Shown: one piece after another, positions 40,861 to 50,871 of the stretch
How positions within the stretch are numbered: the stretch's first letter is position 1
How the letters are laid out: each line of letters opens with the position of its first letter
From: Oscillibacter sp.
Lineage (GTDB): Bacteria > Bacillota > Clostridia > Oscillospirales > Oscillospiraceae
DNA: 64,000 nt
Assembly (NCBI GenBank): GCA_020025475.1
Contig: JAHHSA010000005.1
Location: forward strand, 4,933 to 68,932
Direction of reading: 5' to 3'
Notes under the pieces: model-generated
What the model was told of the DNA's origin: nothing
Database searches by the model: none
Seen by the model: the letters and a program-made list of their open reading frames with translations, nothing else
Made by a program: the position numbers and the translations under genes

Positions 40861-41304
40861 ATGCGATCAGGCATTGACAGACATTCCAACGCCTATTTGC
40901 AGCAGCTGAAGGAGCAGCGAGGCTTCATGGAAGGTAAAAAACCAGCCATGAATAAAATGATCTGGCTGCTGCTGATCCCTGTGGCTCTCATTTCCCTATT
41001 TCTCATTCCCCCGCTGCTGCCGCTGCTGATCATCGGCGGAGTTGCTTATAGCATCATCAATAAAAAGAAAAACGGCGGTGCGCAGGAGAGGCATTTGGAG
41101 CGGCAGCATCGAAAAAAGAAGGATGAGGATGGGGTGTTCCATGTCACCTCTGCCCCACCGGTGTCGGAAATCCATGAAAATGATGGCGTCGTGTGGCTGT
41201 CAGAGGAAAAACGTCTGGAACAGCTGAAAACTCTGAGAGATGCAGGCATCATTGAACAGGAAGAGTATCAGCAGCGGAAAAAACGGATTCATAACGGACC
41301 GTGA
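40861..41304 (+). CDS. Hypothetical membrane protein with C-terminal SHOCT-like domain
   Basis: TM hairpin; LEQLKTLRDAGIIEQEEYQQRKKRI. Confidence 0.75.
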   Translation: MRSGIDRHSNAYLQQLKEQRGFMEGKKPAMNKMIWLLLIPVALISLFLIPPLLPLLIIGGVAYSIINKKKNGGAQERHLERQHRKKKDEDGVFHVTSAPPVSEIHENDGVVWLSEEKRLEQLKTLRDAGIIEQEEYQQRKKRIHNGP

Positions 41305-41346
41305 CGGGACTCCCCCTGACCGGAAATCGGTCAGGGGGAATCCGTC
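41303..41346 (+). terminator. Stem-loop after the gyrA operon
   Basis: GACGG..TCCCCCTGACCG-GAAA-TCGGTCAGGGGGA..CCGTC. Confidence 0.6.
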
Positions 41347-41399
41347 TGTCCATGAAGAAATAAACGGAGAGCGGAGGCATAGCGCCTGGGAGTGAATCA

Positions 41400-41846
41400 A
41401 TGAAGACTGTAACGATTTATACGGATGGTGCATGCAGCGGTAACCCCGGACCCGGCGGCTGGGGTGCGATCCTCATGTATGGAGAGCACCGTAAGGAGCT
41501 CTCCGGCGGTGAGAGGCAGACCACCAACAACCGCATGGAGCTTTCCGGTGTCATTACGGCGCTGGAGGCGCTGAAAGAGCCGTGTACAGTGGAGCTGTAC
41601 TCGGATTCCAAGTATGTGATCGACGGCCTTGGCAAGGGCTGGGCCAAGGGCTGGCGTGCCAGGGGCTGGGTAAAAAGCGACAAGAAGCCGGCGCTGAATC
41701 CGGATCTCTGGAGTCGTCTGCTGGATTTGACGGAGTACCACACCGTCCATCTGCACTGGGTCAAGGGCCATGCGGAGAACGAGTTTAACAACAGATGTGA
41801 TGAACTGGCCGTGGCAGAGAGCCAGAAGTACCGGGAATCCATCTGA
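41400..41846 (+). CDS. rnhA: Ribonuclease HI
   Basis: [42 protein letters not shown]. Confidence 0.97.
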   Translation: MKTVTIYTDGACSGNPGPGGWGAILMYGEHRKELSGGERQTTNNRMELSGVITALEALKEPCTVELYSDSKYVIDGLGKGWAKGWRARGWVKSDKKPALNPDLWSRLLDLTEYHTVHLHWVKGHAENEFNNRCDELAVAESQKYRESI

Positions 41847-41922
41847 CATGGAATGATCAGCGGGAGAAGACCGACCAAACAGCAGATTTACAAACTGTTC
41901 ACATGCAACTCATAATTCGGCA

Positions 41923-42032
41923 ATGATTATCGGGTATCTTATATATCAAGCAAAGGGTCCTCCCAACCCGATGCGTTTTCTCCCTCCTAAAACACACACA
42001 GCAGAAAGGACCGCCAACGGCGGTCCTTTTTG
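41923..42032 (+). ncRNA. Candidate small RNA or leader with C-rich loops and a terminator
   Basis: Loops CCTCCCA and CTCCCTCCT; terminator AAAGGACCGCC-AAC-GGCGGTCCTTTTT. Confidence 0.45.
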
Positions 42033-42250
42033 TGTTGATGCCGCAGAAATTATGTGTTGAATTCCACAGAACTATTTTGCAAAAATTCCTGCAAAAAACA
42101 AAACGGAATGAAAAAAATAGATGTTCAGGCACCACATAGAGGAAGCACGTGAGGTCGTTTTGGAGATGGAGCGTTCTTTTCACGTTCTTGTAAAACCCCC
42201 GTGGGGGGTGTAAAATACAGCTATCAGAAAATCCATGGGGAGGCTTATTT

Positions 42251-44167
42251 ATGAGAGACGGTTTTATTTCCGTAGCCTGCGGAACACCCAAGCTGCGGCT
42301 GGCTGACTGCAACTATAATGCGGAACAGATTTTTACCATGATGCGTGCTGCAGAAAAGGCTGGTGTGAAGGTGCTGGTGCTGCCGGAGCTGTGTCTGACT
42401 GGCGCCACCTGTGGGGACCTTTTCTATCAGGACACCCTGCTCACCGGTGCAGAGACCGCTCTGTCCACGGTGCTGGAGGCGACTCGCAATCTGGAGGTAG
42501 TGACAGCCATCGGTATGCCCGTCCGGGTCAACCGCAAGCTCTACAACTGCGCTATCATCATCCAGAGCGGAGAGATTTTGGGTGTGGTGCCCAAAACCAA
42601 CCTCGTTAACCGCGATGAGTGCAATGAGCCCCGCTATTTTTCGCCCGCTCCTGCGGGAGAGCCGTTTATCGTGGACCAATTCTGCGGACAGACCGTGTGT
42701 TTTGGAGCCCATCAGCTCTTCTGGTGTACGGAAGTGCCGGAATTGGTTGTGGGCTTTGAAATCGGTGAAGACCTGATGGCAGCGCTGTCTCCATCGGTGG
42801 AGATGGTAAAGGGTGGTGCCACGATCATCGGTAATCTGGCGGCAAGCAGCGAAATTGTGGGACGAAGCCGCTTCCGTCGTCAGATGGTGACCAATCAGTC
42901 TGCCCGGCTACAGTGTGGCTACCTCTTCTCCGGTGCTGGTGAGGGAGAATCCACTTCCGATGCGGTGTACGGCGCCCACCAGCTCATTGCGGAAAATGGC
43001 ATGCTGCTGGCAGAGCAGCGCTTTGAGGGCGGCCTCCTGATCTCTGAGATCGATGTGAAGAAGCTGTGCTGTGAGCGCCGGCGCACGCAAACACAGGGTG
43101 GCGAGGAACTGGATCTGGCTGGTACTGCGTTCTCTCTGACTGTGTCCGAGACCAAGTTGACCCGTTACGTGGCCCCCATGCCCTTCATCCCGGAGCGGCA
43201 GGAGGACCGGGATGAGCGGTGCCGGGAAATTTTACTGATGTCCTCACTGGGCCTGAAGCAGCGGCTGGAGCACACCGGTGCCAAGACCGCTGTGGTAGGC
43301 CTCTCCGGCGGCCTGGACTCCACCCTGGCCGTGCTGATCACCGGCCTTGCCATGAAGATGCTGGATCGTCCCATGACCGATATTCTGGCAGTCACCATGC
43401 CCTGCTTCGGCACCTCGGACCGCACGAAGAACAATGCTGTGATTTTGGCCGAGAAAATGGGTGCAACCCTTCGAACTGTGGACATTAGCAACACTGTTCG
43501 CAGCCATTTCAAGGACATTGGACAGGATATGGGCGATCATTCCGTTACCTTTGAGAATGGCCAGGCCCGGGAGCGCACCCAGGTCCTGATGGACATTGCC
43601 AACCAGACCGGCGGCATTGTCATCGGCACCGGCGATCTCAGTGAGCTGGCGCTGGGCTGGTGTACCTACAATGGCGATCATATGAGCATGTATGCCGTCA
43701 ATGCCTGCATTCCCAAGACGCTGGTGCGTCATCTGGTGAGCTATCTGGCCCAGGATAATGCCGAAGAGGATGAGGAACTCAGGGACGTGCTGGAGGATAT
43801 TCTGGACACGCCAGTCTCTCCGGAGCTGCTGCCGGCCGTGCAGGGCAGGATTGTCCAGAAGACCGAGGATCTGGTTGGCCCCTATGAGCTTCACGACTTT
43901 TTCCTCTATCATATGATTCGCTGGGGCAGTTCTCCCCGGAAAATCTACCGCCTGGCCCAGTATGCCCTGGGCGACCAGTACAGCGCGGACGTGATTTTGA
44001 AGTGGCTCAAGACCTTTTATCGCCGCTTTTTCACCCAGCAGTTTAAGCGCAGCTGCCTGCCAGATGGTCCAAAGATCGGTTCCGTGTGCTTCTCTCCCCG
44101 CGGTGCCTGGATGATGCCCAGCGATGCAAAATGGACGTTGTGGCAGCAGGAGCTGGAGACGTTGTAA
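42251..44167 (+). CDS. nadE: Two-domain NAD+ synthetase (glutaminase Cys replaced by Gly)
   Basis: N-terminal nitrilase-like domain (PELCLTG), GLSGGLDST, ENGQARER, QFKRSCLPDGPK. Confidence 0.94.
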   Translation: MRDGFISVACGTPKLRLADCNYNAEQIFTMMRAAEKAGVKVLVLPELCLTGATCGDLFYQDTLLTGAETALSTVLEATRNLEVVTAIGMPVRVNRKLYNCAIIIQSGEILGVVPKTNLVNRDECNEPRYFSPAPAGEPFIVDQFCGQTVCFGAHQLFWCTEVPELVVGFEIGEDLMAALSPSVEMVKGGATIIGNLAASSEIVGRSRFRRQMVTNQSARLQCGYLFSGAGEGESTSDAVYGAHQLIAENGMLLAEQRFEGGLLISEIDVKKLCCERRRTQTQGGEELDLAGTAFSLTVSETKLTRYVAPMPFIPERQEDRDERCREILLMSSLGLKQRLEHTGAKTAVVGLSGGLDSTLAVLITGLAMKMLDRPMTDILAVTMPCFGTSDRTKNNAVILAEKMGATLRTVDISNTVRSHFKDIGQDMGDHSVTFENGQARERTQVLMDIANQTGGIVIGTGDLSELALGWCTYNGDHMSMYAVNACIPKTLVRHLVSYLAQDNAEEDEELRDVLEDILDTPVSPELLPAVQGRIVQKTEDLVGPYELHDFFLYHMIRWGSSPRKIYRLAQYALGDQYSADVILKWLKTFYRRFFTQQFKRSCLPDGPKIGSVCFSPRGAWMMPSDAKWTLWQQELETL

Positions 44168-44187
44168 GGACATTTACGCAATCGGAC

Positions 44188-44223
44188 AAGAAGGCGCGCC
44201 GAAGTATTTGGCGCGCCTTCTTT
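44188..44223 (+). terminator. Terminator after nadE
   Basis: AAGAAGGCGCGCC...GGCGCGCCTTCTTT. Confidence 0.8.
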
Positions 44224-44475
44224 GCACTTTCCACGGTTGGTTCACATAAACTGGAAACAGATACCCGGGCACAGGTTTCCCGGTTTCCCTGTTCAAACGG
44301 GACCCTGCGGTGTTCTGCCTGCGGCAATGGTTGAGTCGGGAGTTCTCACAAGGTTTTCCCCGGTGTTGAAAAATAGCCGATCGGCCAGCAAGCAGTTCCG
44401 GAAAATGCGAAAAAAGCAGCCTGAAAACAGGCTGCTTTTTCACAAAAATAGGGGTCGTGTGGAAAGTTCACATGA

Positions 44476-46473
44476 TTACAGCTCCCTCAACGATTCTTCA
44501 GCGCGTGAGGGGCGGTCCACCTTCAGGCATCGGGTAGCGTTGAGAATGGCAAGGACGGCTACGCCTACATCCGCAAAGACGGCCATCCACATATTTGCAA
44601 GGCCCATAGCACCCAGCAGCAGAACCAGGCCCTTGACGCCCAGAGCAAAGACGATGTTCTGCCGTACAATCCGAAGGGTCTTGCGGGAGATCCGCATGGC
44701 GTCGGCAATCTTTCCGGGCTGGTCATCCATAAGGACGATGTCGGCCGCCTCAATGGCAGCATCGCTGCCCATGGCACCCATGGCAATGCCAATATCTGCA
44801 CGGGAGAGCACAGGGGCATCGTTGATGCCGTCCCCCACAAAGGCCAGCTTTCCCTGGCCGGAGATCTGGGAGAGCAGGAGTTCCAGCTGCTCGACTTTGT
44901 CCCCTGGCAGCAGCTCAGCATGGAATTCATCCACGCCCAGCGTTCTGGCAGCAAGCTCCGCGGCTTCCTGCCGGTCGCCAGTGAGCATGACCGTCTTTTT
45001 CACACCGCTGGCCTTGAGAGCGGCCAGGGCATCTGCGGCACCGGGTTTGAGTTTGTCAGAGACCACAATGGAACCGGCATAAGTACCATCCACAGCCACA
45101 TGAACCACGGTGCCTCCTGGGAAGGTGTCCGTATAGGGCAGAACAATCCCGGCCTGAGCCATCAGGCGGCCGTTGCCCACCAGGACTCTGCGGCCATCCA
45201 CGGTGGCCTGGACACCGTGACCGGCCAATTCCTGCACTTCCTCCACCAAATGGCCCTCACTGCTGTCGGGGCAGGCCCGGCGAAGGGACTGGGAAATGGG
45301 GTGGTCGGACCAGCGCTCCGCCTGGGCCGCGCAGGAGAGCAGGCTTTCCTGGGTAAAGCCATTTTGCGGCAGAATGTCGGTCACAGTGAAGAAGCCTTCG
45401 GTGAGGGTGCCGGTCTTATCAAATACCACGGTTTCCGTCTGGGCCAGCATTTCCAGGTAATCACTGCCCTTCACCAGTATTCCGCACTTGGAGGCACCGC
45501 CAATGCCGCCGAAAAAGCTGAGGGGCACGGAGATCACCAACGCGCAAGGGCAGGAGATGACCAGAAAAATGAGGGCGCGATGCAGCCAGTCCGTCCAGAC
45601 AGTGCCGGCAAGGAAGCCAGGCAGAGCGGCGGGGTTCAAGAACCACAAACCAAGGCTTGGCAGCAGGAACAGGGCAGCAGCAGCCAGCACCACACAGGGG
45701 GTGTAGTAGCGGGCAAACCGGGTGATGAATTGTTCACTGGTGGATTTCTTCTCACTTGCGTTCTCCACCAGCTCCAAAATTTTGGAGACGGTGGACTCCT
45801 CGCAGGGGGTGGTGACACGAATCCGCAGCATTCCGGTGGTGTTGACACAGCCGCTGAGGACAGAGTCTCCCACAGTCACATCCCGGGGCAGAGATTCGCC
45901 GGTGAGCGCGGCAGTATCCAAAACGGAACTGCCCTCCACCACGGTGCCATCCAGCGGGATGCGCTCACCAGGCTTCACCACGATTATGGAATTCACCTCC
46001 ACGTCCTCCGGGTCCACTTCTTCCAGAGACCCGTCCTCCTGTTCAAGGTTGGCGGTGTCGGGTCGAATGTCCATCAGGGCGGCAATGGACTGGCGGGATT
46101 TGCCAACGGCGTAGCTCTGGAACAGCTCCCCCACCTGATAAAACAGCATCACGAATACAGCTTCCTGATACTCAGAGGTGGCAAAGGCACCAACTGTGGC
46201 AATGGCCATCAGAAAATTCTCGTCAAAGACCTGGCCGTTAAAAATGTTTCGGATGGCACGCCATAAAACGTCCCAGCCAATGATGCCGTAGGGAATCAGG
46301 AACAGAACCCAGCGGGCCAGACAAAAGGCAGGGGTCCCGTCTGCGGAGATGTGGCTGACACTGATCAAGGGCAGCGCAGAGGATAGCCAAATGGTGGGCA
46401 GCAGCTTCACAAGAATCAGCAGAGCGGTGGCTGCCAGAATACGCGTCAGCATCTTTTTCTGTTTCTTACTCAA
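44476..46473 (-). CDS. cadA: Zn/Cd-translocating P1B-type ATPase
   Basis: LTGES, ISCPCAL, DKTGT, SDHP, GDGINDAP. Confidence 0.92.
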   Translation of the reverse strand: MSKKQKKMLTRILAATALLILVKLLPTIWLSSALPLISVSHISADGTPAFCLARWVLFLIPYGIIGWDVLWRAIRNIFNGQVFDENFLMAIATVGAFATSEYQEAVFVMLFYQVGELFQSYAVGKSRQSIAALMDIRPDTANLEQEDGSLEEVDPEDVEVNSIIVVKPGERIPLDGTVVEGSSVLDTAALTGESLPRDVTVGDSVLSGCVNTTGMLRIRVTTPCEESTVSKILELVENASEKKSTSEQFITRFARYYTPCVVLAAAALFLLPSLGLWFLNPAALPGFLAGTVWTDWLHRALIFLVISCPCALVISVPLSFFGGIGGASKCGILVKGSDYLEMLAQTETVVFDKTGTLTEGFFTVTDILPQNGFTQESLLSCAAQAERWSDHPISQSLRRACPDSSEGHLVEEVQELAGHGVQATVDGRRVLVGNGRLMAQAGIVLPYTDTFPGGTVVHVAVDGTYAGSIVVSDKLKPGAADALAALKASGVKKTVMLTGDRQEAAELAARTLGVDEFHAELLPGDKVEQLELLLSQISGQGKLAFVGDGINDAPVLSRADIGIAMGAMGSDAAIEAADIVLMDDQPGKIADAMRISRKTLRIVRQNIVFALGVKGLVLLLGAMGLANMWMAVFADVGVAVLAILNATRCLKVDRPSRAEESLREL

Positions 46474-46517
46474 AGGTGGCCTCCTGTTTGGGTCTTGTGA
46501 TTATGGAAAACGAGCGC

Positions 46518-46736
46518 TTACAGCTCAATGACACAGTCCGGTTCAATTTTATGGCAGGCAGAGACGACCTCCTGCATAATGGCGTCGAAGCGGGCGTCAT
46601 CGGCATCGATCGTCATTTTCTGTGTCATAAAGTTGACCTTTGCGCTGTTGACGCCGTCCAGCTTGTTAATGGCGTCTTCCATTTTGGCCGCACAGTTGGC
46701 ACAGTCCAAATCGATGAGTTTAAAATGCTTTTTCAT
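46518..46736 (-). CDS. Stand-alone heavy-metal-associated (HMA) domain protein
   Basis: LDCANCAAKME motif; GGAGG RBS. Confidence 0.9.
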   Translation of the reverse strand: MKKHFKLIDLDCANCAAKMEDAINKLDGVNSAKVNFMTQKMTIDADDARFDAIMQEVVSACHKIEPDCVIEL

Positions 46737-46773
46737 GTTCTTTCCTCCATTTGATGTGATAATATAGGCAATA

Positions 46774-47136
46774 TTACTCCAAGATGTGCTCAAGTCCCTG
46801 GTCAATGATGGTCTTCACATGCTCATCAGCCAGAGAATAGAATACAGTTTTGCCATCCCGACGGGACTTCACCAGGCGAGCGTTTTTCAGCGCCCGCAGC
46901 TGATGGGAGATGGCGGACTGGGTCAGTCCCAGCAGAGCCGCAATGTCGCAGACGCACATCTCCGACTCAAACAGTACATACAGAATGCGGATTCTGGTGG
47001 AATCACTGAAAACACGGAACAATTCTGTCAGGTCATACAAAGTGTCCTCGCTGGGCAGTGTGGTCTTCACCTTCTGAATAATTTCCTCGTGGGCGCAGAG
47101 AAAGTCACAGCATTCCACGGAATTTGGATCAGCCAT
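46774..47136 (-). CDS. ArsR/SmtB metalloregulator (CadC-like)
   Basis: DSTRIRIL, EMCVCDIA, SAISHQL, YSLADEHV...EH alpha5 site. Confidence 0.92.
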   Translation of the reverse strand: MADPNSVECCDFLCAHEEIIQKVKTTLPSEDTLYDLTELFRVFSDSTRIRILYVLFESEMCVCDIAALLGLTQSAISHQLRALKNARLVKSRRDGKTVFYSLADEHVKTIIDQGLEHILE

Positions 47137-47154
47137 GCAATACCCTCCTTTCAT

Positions 47155-47190
47155 GTGAACGAATGAACGAATGAATTATTGTTCATATGT
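47155..47190. promoter_or_regulatory. ArsR/SmtB-type operator
   Basis: ATGAATTATTGTTCAT imperfect palindrome preceded by TGAACGAA repeats, directly upstream of the regulator. Confidence 0.65.
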
Positions 47191-47295
47191 TTAGTATATG
47201 CAGAACGGGTAATTTGTCAACTATATTTTTGCAAAACTGTAGAAAAGAGCAAAAACATATGATAAACTAGTACATCATAACCAAAGGAGACCTCT

Positions 47296-47730
47296 ATGAA
47301 TCAGTTGACACAAGATATCAATGAGCGTCTGAAGAACAACACCTTCATGCACTACAACCACATCGAGTTAGAGTCCATTGGAGAGGATCGGGCGGTGTTT
47401 AAGCTGGATATCCGGCCGGAGAGCCGCAATAGCTATGGCATGGTCCACGGCGGTGCAATCTATACCCTGGCGGACAATGCCACCGGCTATGTGGCCCATT
47501 CAGACGGGCGTTACTACGTGACCCAGACCAGTGCACTGCACTTCCTTCGCAACCAGAGCGAGGGTACGGTGCGGGCCTTTGCTACGGTACGACATCGCGG
47601 GAAGTCCACCTGCCTGGTGGCAGTGGATATCCTGGGCGAGGGCGACAAGCTGATTGCCACTGGTGAGTTCACCTTCTTCTGCGTGGACAAGGCGGTCATG
47701 GATAAAAAGAGACCGCAGGAAGCCAAGTAA
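47296..47730 (+). CDS. PaaI-family hot-dog thioesterase
   Basis: NSYGMVHGGAIYTLAD motif. Confidence 0.9.
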   Translation: MNQLTQDINERLKNNTFMHYNHIELESIGEDRAVFKLDIRPESRNSYGMVHGGAIYTLADNATGYVAHSDGRYYVTQTSALHFLRNQSEGTVRAFATVRHRGKSTCLVAVDILGEGDKLIATGEFTFFCVDKAVMDKKRPQEAK

Positions 47731-47764
47731 CAAATGATGTGCGTATAGGTTCTGTCGGGCATAA

Positions 47765-47812
47765 CGATACCCCCTGTTGTAGTTTTCATGATCCTACAAC
47801 AGGGGGTATTGT
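47765..47812. terminator. Bidirectional terminator hairpin
   Basis: ATACCCCCTGTTGTAG...CTACAACAGGGGGTAT. Confidence 0.75.
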
Positions 47813-47844
47813 CATTGTCCGTTTTTACTGGACCGGTTCATTTT

Positions 47845-49098
47845 TTATCGTTCGTGCTTGAAAAGGGGCAGAGTCAGAGTAAAACGGGTGGAAACCGCAT
47901 CACTTTCAGCTTTCAGGGTGCCATGGTGCTCCCGGACAATGGTAGAGGCAATGGGCAGGCCCAGACCAAAACCGCTCTGTTCACCGCGGGAGGCATCCGC
48001 CCGGTAAAACCGTTCAAAGAGGCGGCTTAGCTGCTCTGGGGGAATGGGTTCGCCGGGGTTAGAAACAGTGAGACGGGCCTGCCGTTCTGTGGACAGGAGC
48101 TCAAGATGGATGGTCCCTCCTGCCCCGCCGTACTTGATGGCATTGTCCAGCAGAACTGAAATCACCTGATGCAGCTTGTCAGCATCACCGGAGACAAAAA
48201 TCTGCTCTGCAAGCTCATACTCCAACGGTTTTCCCGCTTCGAAGGCCACCGGCTCAAAGGCCAGGGCGCAGTCGGCGGCCACATCGGAAAGGCACACCTC
48301 TGAAAGCACAGGACGGTCGGTCATGTTGTCGGACCGGGCAAGGGAGAGCATCTGCTCCACAAGGCGCTTCATTTGTCGGGCCTCAGAATGAATGTTGTCC
48401 GACCAGCTGGCGGGTTTTTCCGGCAGGTTTGCCTGCTCCAGCATTTCGGCGTTGGAGAGGATGACGGTCAGCGGGGTTTTCAGCTCGTGAGAGGCATCGG
48501 ATAGAAATTGCTTCTGCTGACTCCAGGCCTTCTCCACCGGGCGGGTGACCCAGTGGGCCAGCAGTACGGAGATGGCCAGCAGCAGCAAAAAGGCCATGGC
48601 CGCAATGGCTAGACAGGCCACCATCATCTTGCTCAGGATGGCCCGCTCCATGGACATATCCACAAACGCCAGTTTTTGATAGAGTCCATTGTCCACACGG
48701 AGATAGCGGAGCTGGTAGTGAGGAATGACCCCTTCTGACGCCTCCTGCTCCAAACACTGTGACAGGATCTCTTTCAGGGTCTCCGTATCCTGCAAATTGT
48801 TGTAGGTGCCGCCGGTGACCTCGGCATTATAACCGCCGCCTGGGCGAAGCCAGACATTGACAGTGAAATAGGGCAGCAAAACCTGGTCGCCGCCCACGTC
48901 AATGGAGAGCTCAGGACGGAAGATGCTGCCGCCCATGTAAAAGTCGTCCTGCTGGACTACCCGCTGCAAAAGCTCCCTGCTCAGGTTGGTGCTGCTGTCC
49001 AGAACTGCCATAAAAATGGAGAAAAAGACAGCGGCCAGAACGGCTGTGACCAGGGTCATGCACGCGGCCACAAACTTCAAACGAAGCTTTTTGATCAC
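47845..49098 (-). CDS. Sensor histidine kinase
   Basis: Two TMs, DASHELKTPL H-box, LLDNAIKY, FERFYRAD, GFGLGL; GTG start. Confidence 0.93.
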   Translation of the reverse strand: MIKKLRLKFVAACMTLVTAVLAAVFFSIFMAVLDSSTNLSRELLQRVVQQDDFYMGGSIFRPELSIDVGGDQVLLPYFTVNVWLRPGGGYNAEVTGGTYNNLQDTETLKEILSQCLEQEASEGVIPHYQLRYLRVDNGLYQKLAFVDMSMERAILSKMMVACLAIAAMAFLLLLAISVLLAHWVTRPVEKAWSQQKQFLSDASHELKTPLTVILSNAEMLEQANLPEKPASWSDNIHSEARQMKRLVEQMLSLARSDNMTDRPVLSEVCLSDVAADCALAFEPVAFEAGKPLEYELAEQIFVSGDADKLHQVISVLLDNAIKYGGAGGTIHLELLSTERQARLTVSNPGEPIPPEQLSRLFERFYRADASRGEQSGFGLGLPIASTIVREHHGTLKAESDAVSTRFTLTLPLFKHER

Positions 49099-49175
49099 GG
49101 ATTTCCCCTCCTGTTTAAAAAGCTGTGGAAAACGTGGAAAAGGTTGTGGAAAATGTGGAAAAGTCAGGAGTGCGG

Positions 49176-49856
49176 TTAGCTGGCTGTTTGCTCAAGACAA
49201 TATCCAACCATACGAATTGTGCGAATTCTGACAGTTGAGTGCAGATGTTCTAACTTTTTACGAAGAAATGAGATATATACTTCTACGTTGTTATCCTCGG
49301 CGTCAGACTCGTATCCCCAGATTTTCACCAGTAAAGTCTCCTTGGTGAGCACCTGGGAACAGTTGAGAATCAACAGCTCCATCATGTCAAACTCCTTCCG
49401 GCTCAGCCGGACGGAACGACTGCCGCACACCAGGGTGAAGGTGCTTTTATCCAGTTTGAGATCACCGAATTGCAGACTATCCGGGGTCCGTAGTTCCGGC
49501 TGACGGCGGGTCAGCGCCCGGACGCAGGCCAGCAGTTCCCGTGGTTCAAAGGGCTTGGTAAGGTAGTAGTCTGCACCGCTGTCCAGACCGGCTACCCGGT
49601 CGGAAAGCTCCGAGCGGGCAGTGAGCATCAGAACCGGGGTGGCATTGCCTGCCTGCCGCAGCTCCCGCAGTACCGTGAGACCATCCTTTTTCGGCAGCAT
49701 CATATCCAGCAGGATCACATCGTAAATTCCGGTCAGAGCGTTGTCCAGACCGCTCTCGCCGTCATAGCAGAGATCGGCGTTGTAGCCGTCCATTTCCAGC
49801 AGGTCTCCCAGGGTGGCGGCCAGTCGTTTTTCATCTTCAATCACCAGAACGCGCAT
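49176..49856 (-). CDS. OmpR-family response regulator
   Basis: IEDE, LDMMLP, GADYYLTKPF, winged helix (VEVYISFLRKKL, RMVGY). Confidence 0.95.
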   Translation of the reverse strand: MRVLVIEDEKRLAATLGDLLEMDGYNADLCYDGESGLDNALTGIYDVILLDMMLPKKDGLTVLRELRQAGNATPVLMLTARSELSDRVAGLDSGADYYLTKPFEPRELLACVRALTRRQPELRTPDSLQFGDLKLDKSTFTLVCGSRSVRLSRKEFDMMELLILNCSQVLTKETLLVKIWGYESDAEDNNVEVYISFLRKKLEHLHSTVRIRTIRMVGYCLEQTAS

Positions 49857-49872
49857 CCCAATGTCTCCTTTC

Positions 49873-50871
49873 TCAGATGCCCAATCCCTTGGTGGAAATA
49901 GACATCAGGGGGTCCAGCAATTCTGTCGGCAGGAAGTAGATGGTGCTGTCGCTGTTGACGCGGATGTAGCGGCCGTTGCCGTCGGTGACGTGAGTGCCTA
50001 CCTGAATTTTGAGGGTCTGCTCGCTATTCTTGTCCGCAAGATAAGTCACGGTGAGCACGGCGGCAGGATTGGTGAGGCCGCAGACCTTCACGGCATTGTC
50101 AGAGGGGGCAAAGTCGATGCAGCGATCCAGACGCAGGGCTGTGATATCCTCCAGAAGGCTTTTGAACGAGCCGTTTTCTCCCACGTCCTTGCCATCGGAG
50201 GTAGTCCAGCCGCCGGACTTGCTGGCGTGGATCGTCAGAGTCGCCGGGGTGGAATCGCCGCTGCGGGGGCCTTGAATGGTAATGGAGGAGATCATGTCCT
50301 CCGTCAGCTTGGGCAGCTGTGGCAGCTCACACATATCATAGATGGGGGTCTGAATCAACTCCAGCAGAGTGCCAGGCAGAATGTAGACGGTTTCCTGGTT
50401 CTCGTCAATCATGGCATAGAAACTGGTGCCGTCTGTGGTGGCCTTGCCCAGATGGATGGTGCGGGTAGTGCCGTCAGCGCGGGTACCTCTGATGGTAGCC
50501 CGGGGTGTTTCCAGGGCGTAGGCCTGGGGGCCGCCTTCCATGGGCAGGGTCTGCTGGGGGCGGATGGTATCCAGCAGAGAGATAATTGCCATTACCGTCT
50601 CGTCATTGAGCGGAAAAGAGGGATCGTCTGCCCAGATCCACTTCCCTGCCTGACTATAGGAAAAGGTCAATGTGGCGGCTTCATGCTCCACAAACAGCTC
50701 CGTATAGTCTGTGCTGTTCAGAGACTCGCTCTGGATGGCGGCACCGGAATTGTCGATGTGGGTCTGCCGCTGCTCCCGGTAGCGGATGCTCAACACAATG
50801 AGCAGAGCTGCCAGCAGCACTGCCAAAATCATCGAAAGGATCTTAATGATCCGTTTTTCACTCCAAGACAT
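49873..50871 (-). CDS. Membrane-anchored protein with two DUF4340-like repeats
   Basis: N-terminal TM; duplicated pattern YALETP/CGLTNP ... G ... Y ... VY.LP. Confidence 0.65.
   Translation of the reverse strand: MSWSEKRIIKILSMILAVLLAALLIVLSIRYREQRQTHIDNSGAAIQSESLNSTDYTELFVEHEAATLTFSYSQAGKWIWADDPSFPLNDETVMAIISLLDTIRPQQTLPMEGGPQAYALETPRATIRGTRADGTTRTIHLGKATTDGTSFYAMIDENQETVYILPGTLLELIQTPIYDMCELPQLPKLTEDMISSITIQGPRSGDSTPATLTIHASKSGGWTTSDGKDVGENGSFKSLLEDITALRLDRCIDFAPSDNAVKVCGLTNPAAVLTVTYLADKNSEQTLKIQVGTHVTDGNGRYIRVNSDSTIYFLPTELLDPLMSISTKGLGI

Noticed and set aside
49124..49162. Tandem repeats considered as a CRISPR remnant or VNTR
   Set aside because: Units are 9 bp with no spacers and match DnaA boxes; no cas genes in the window
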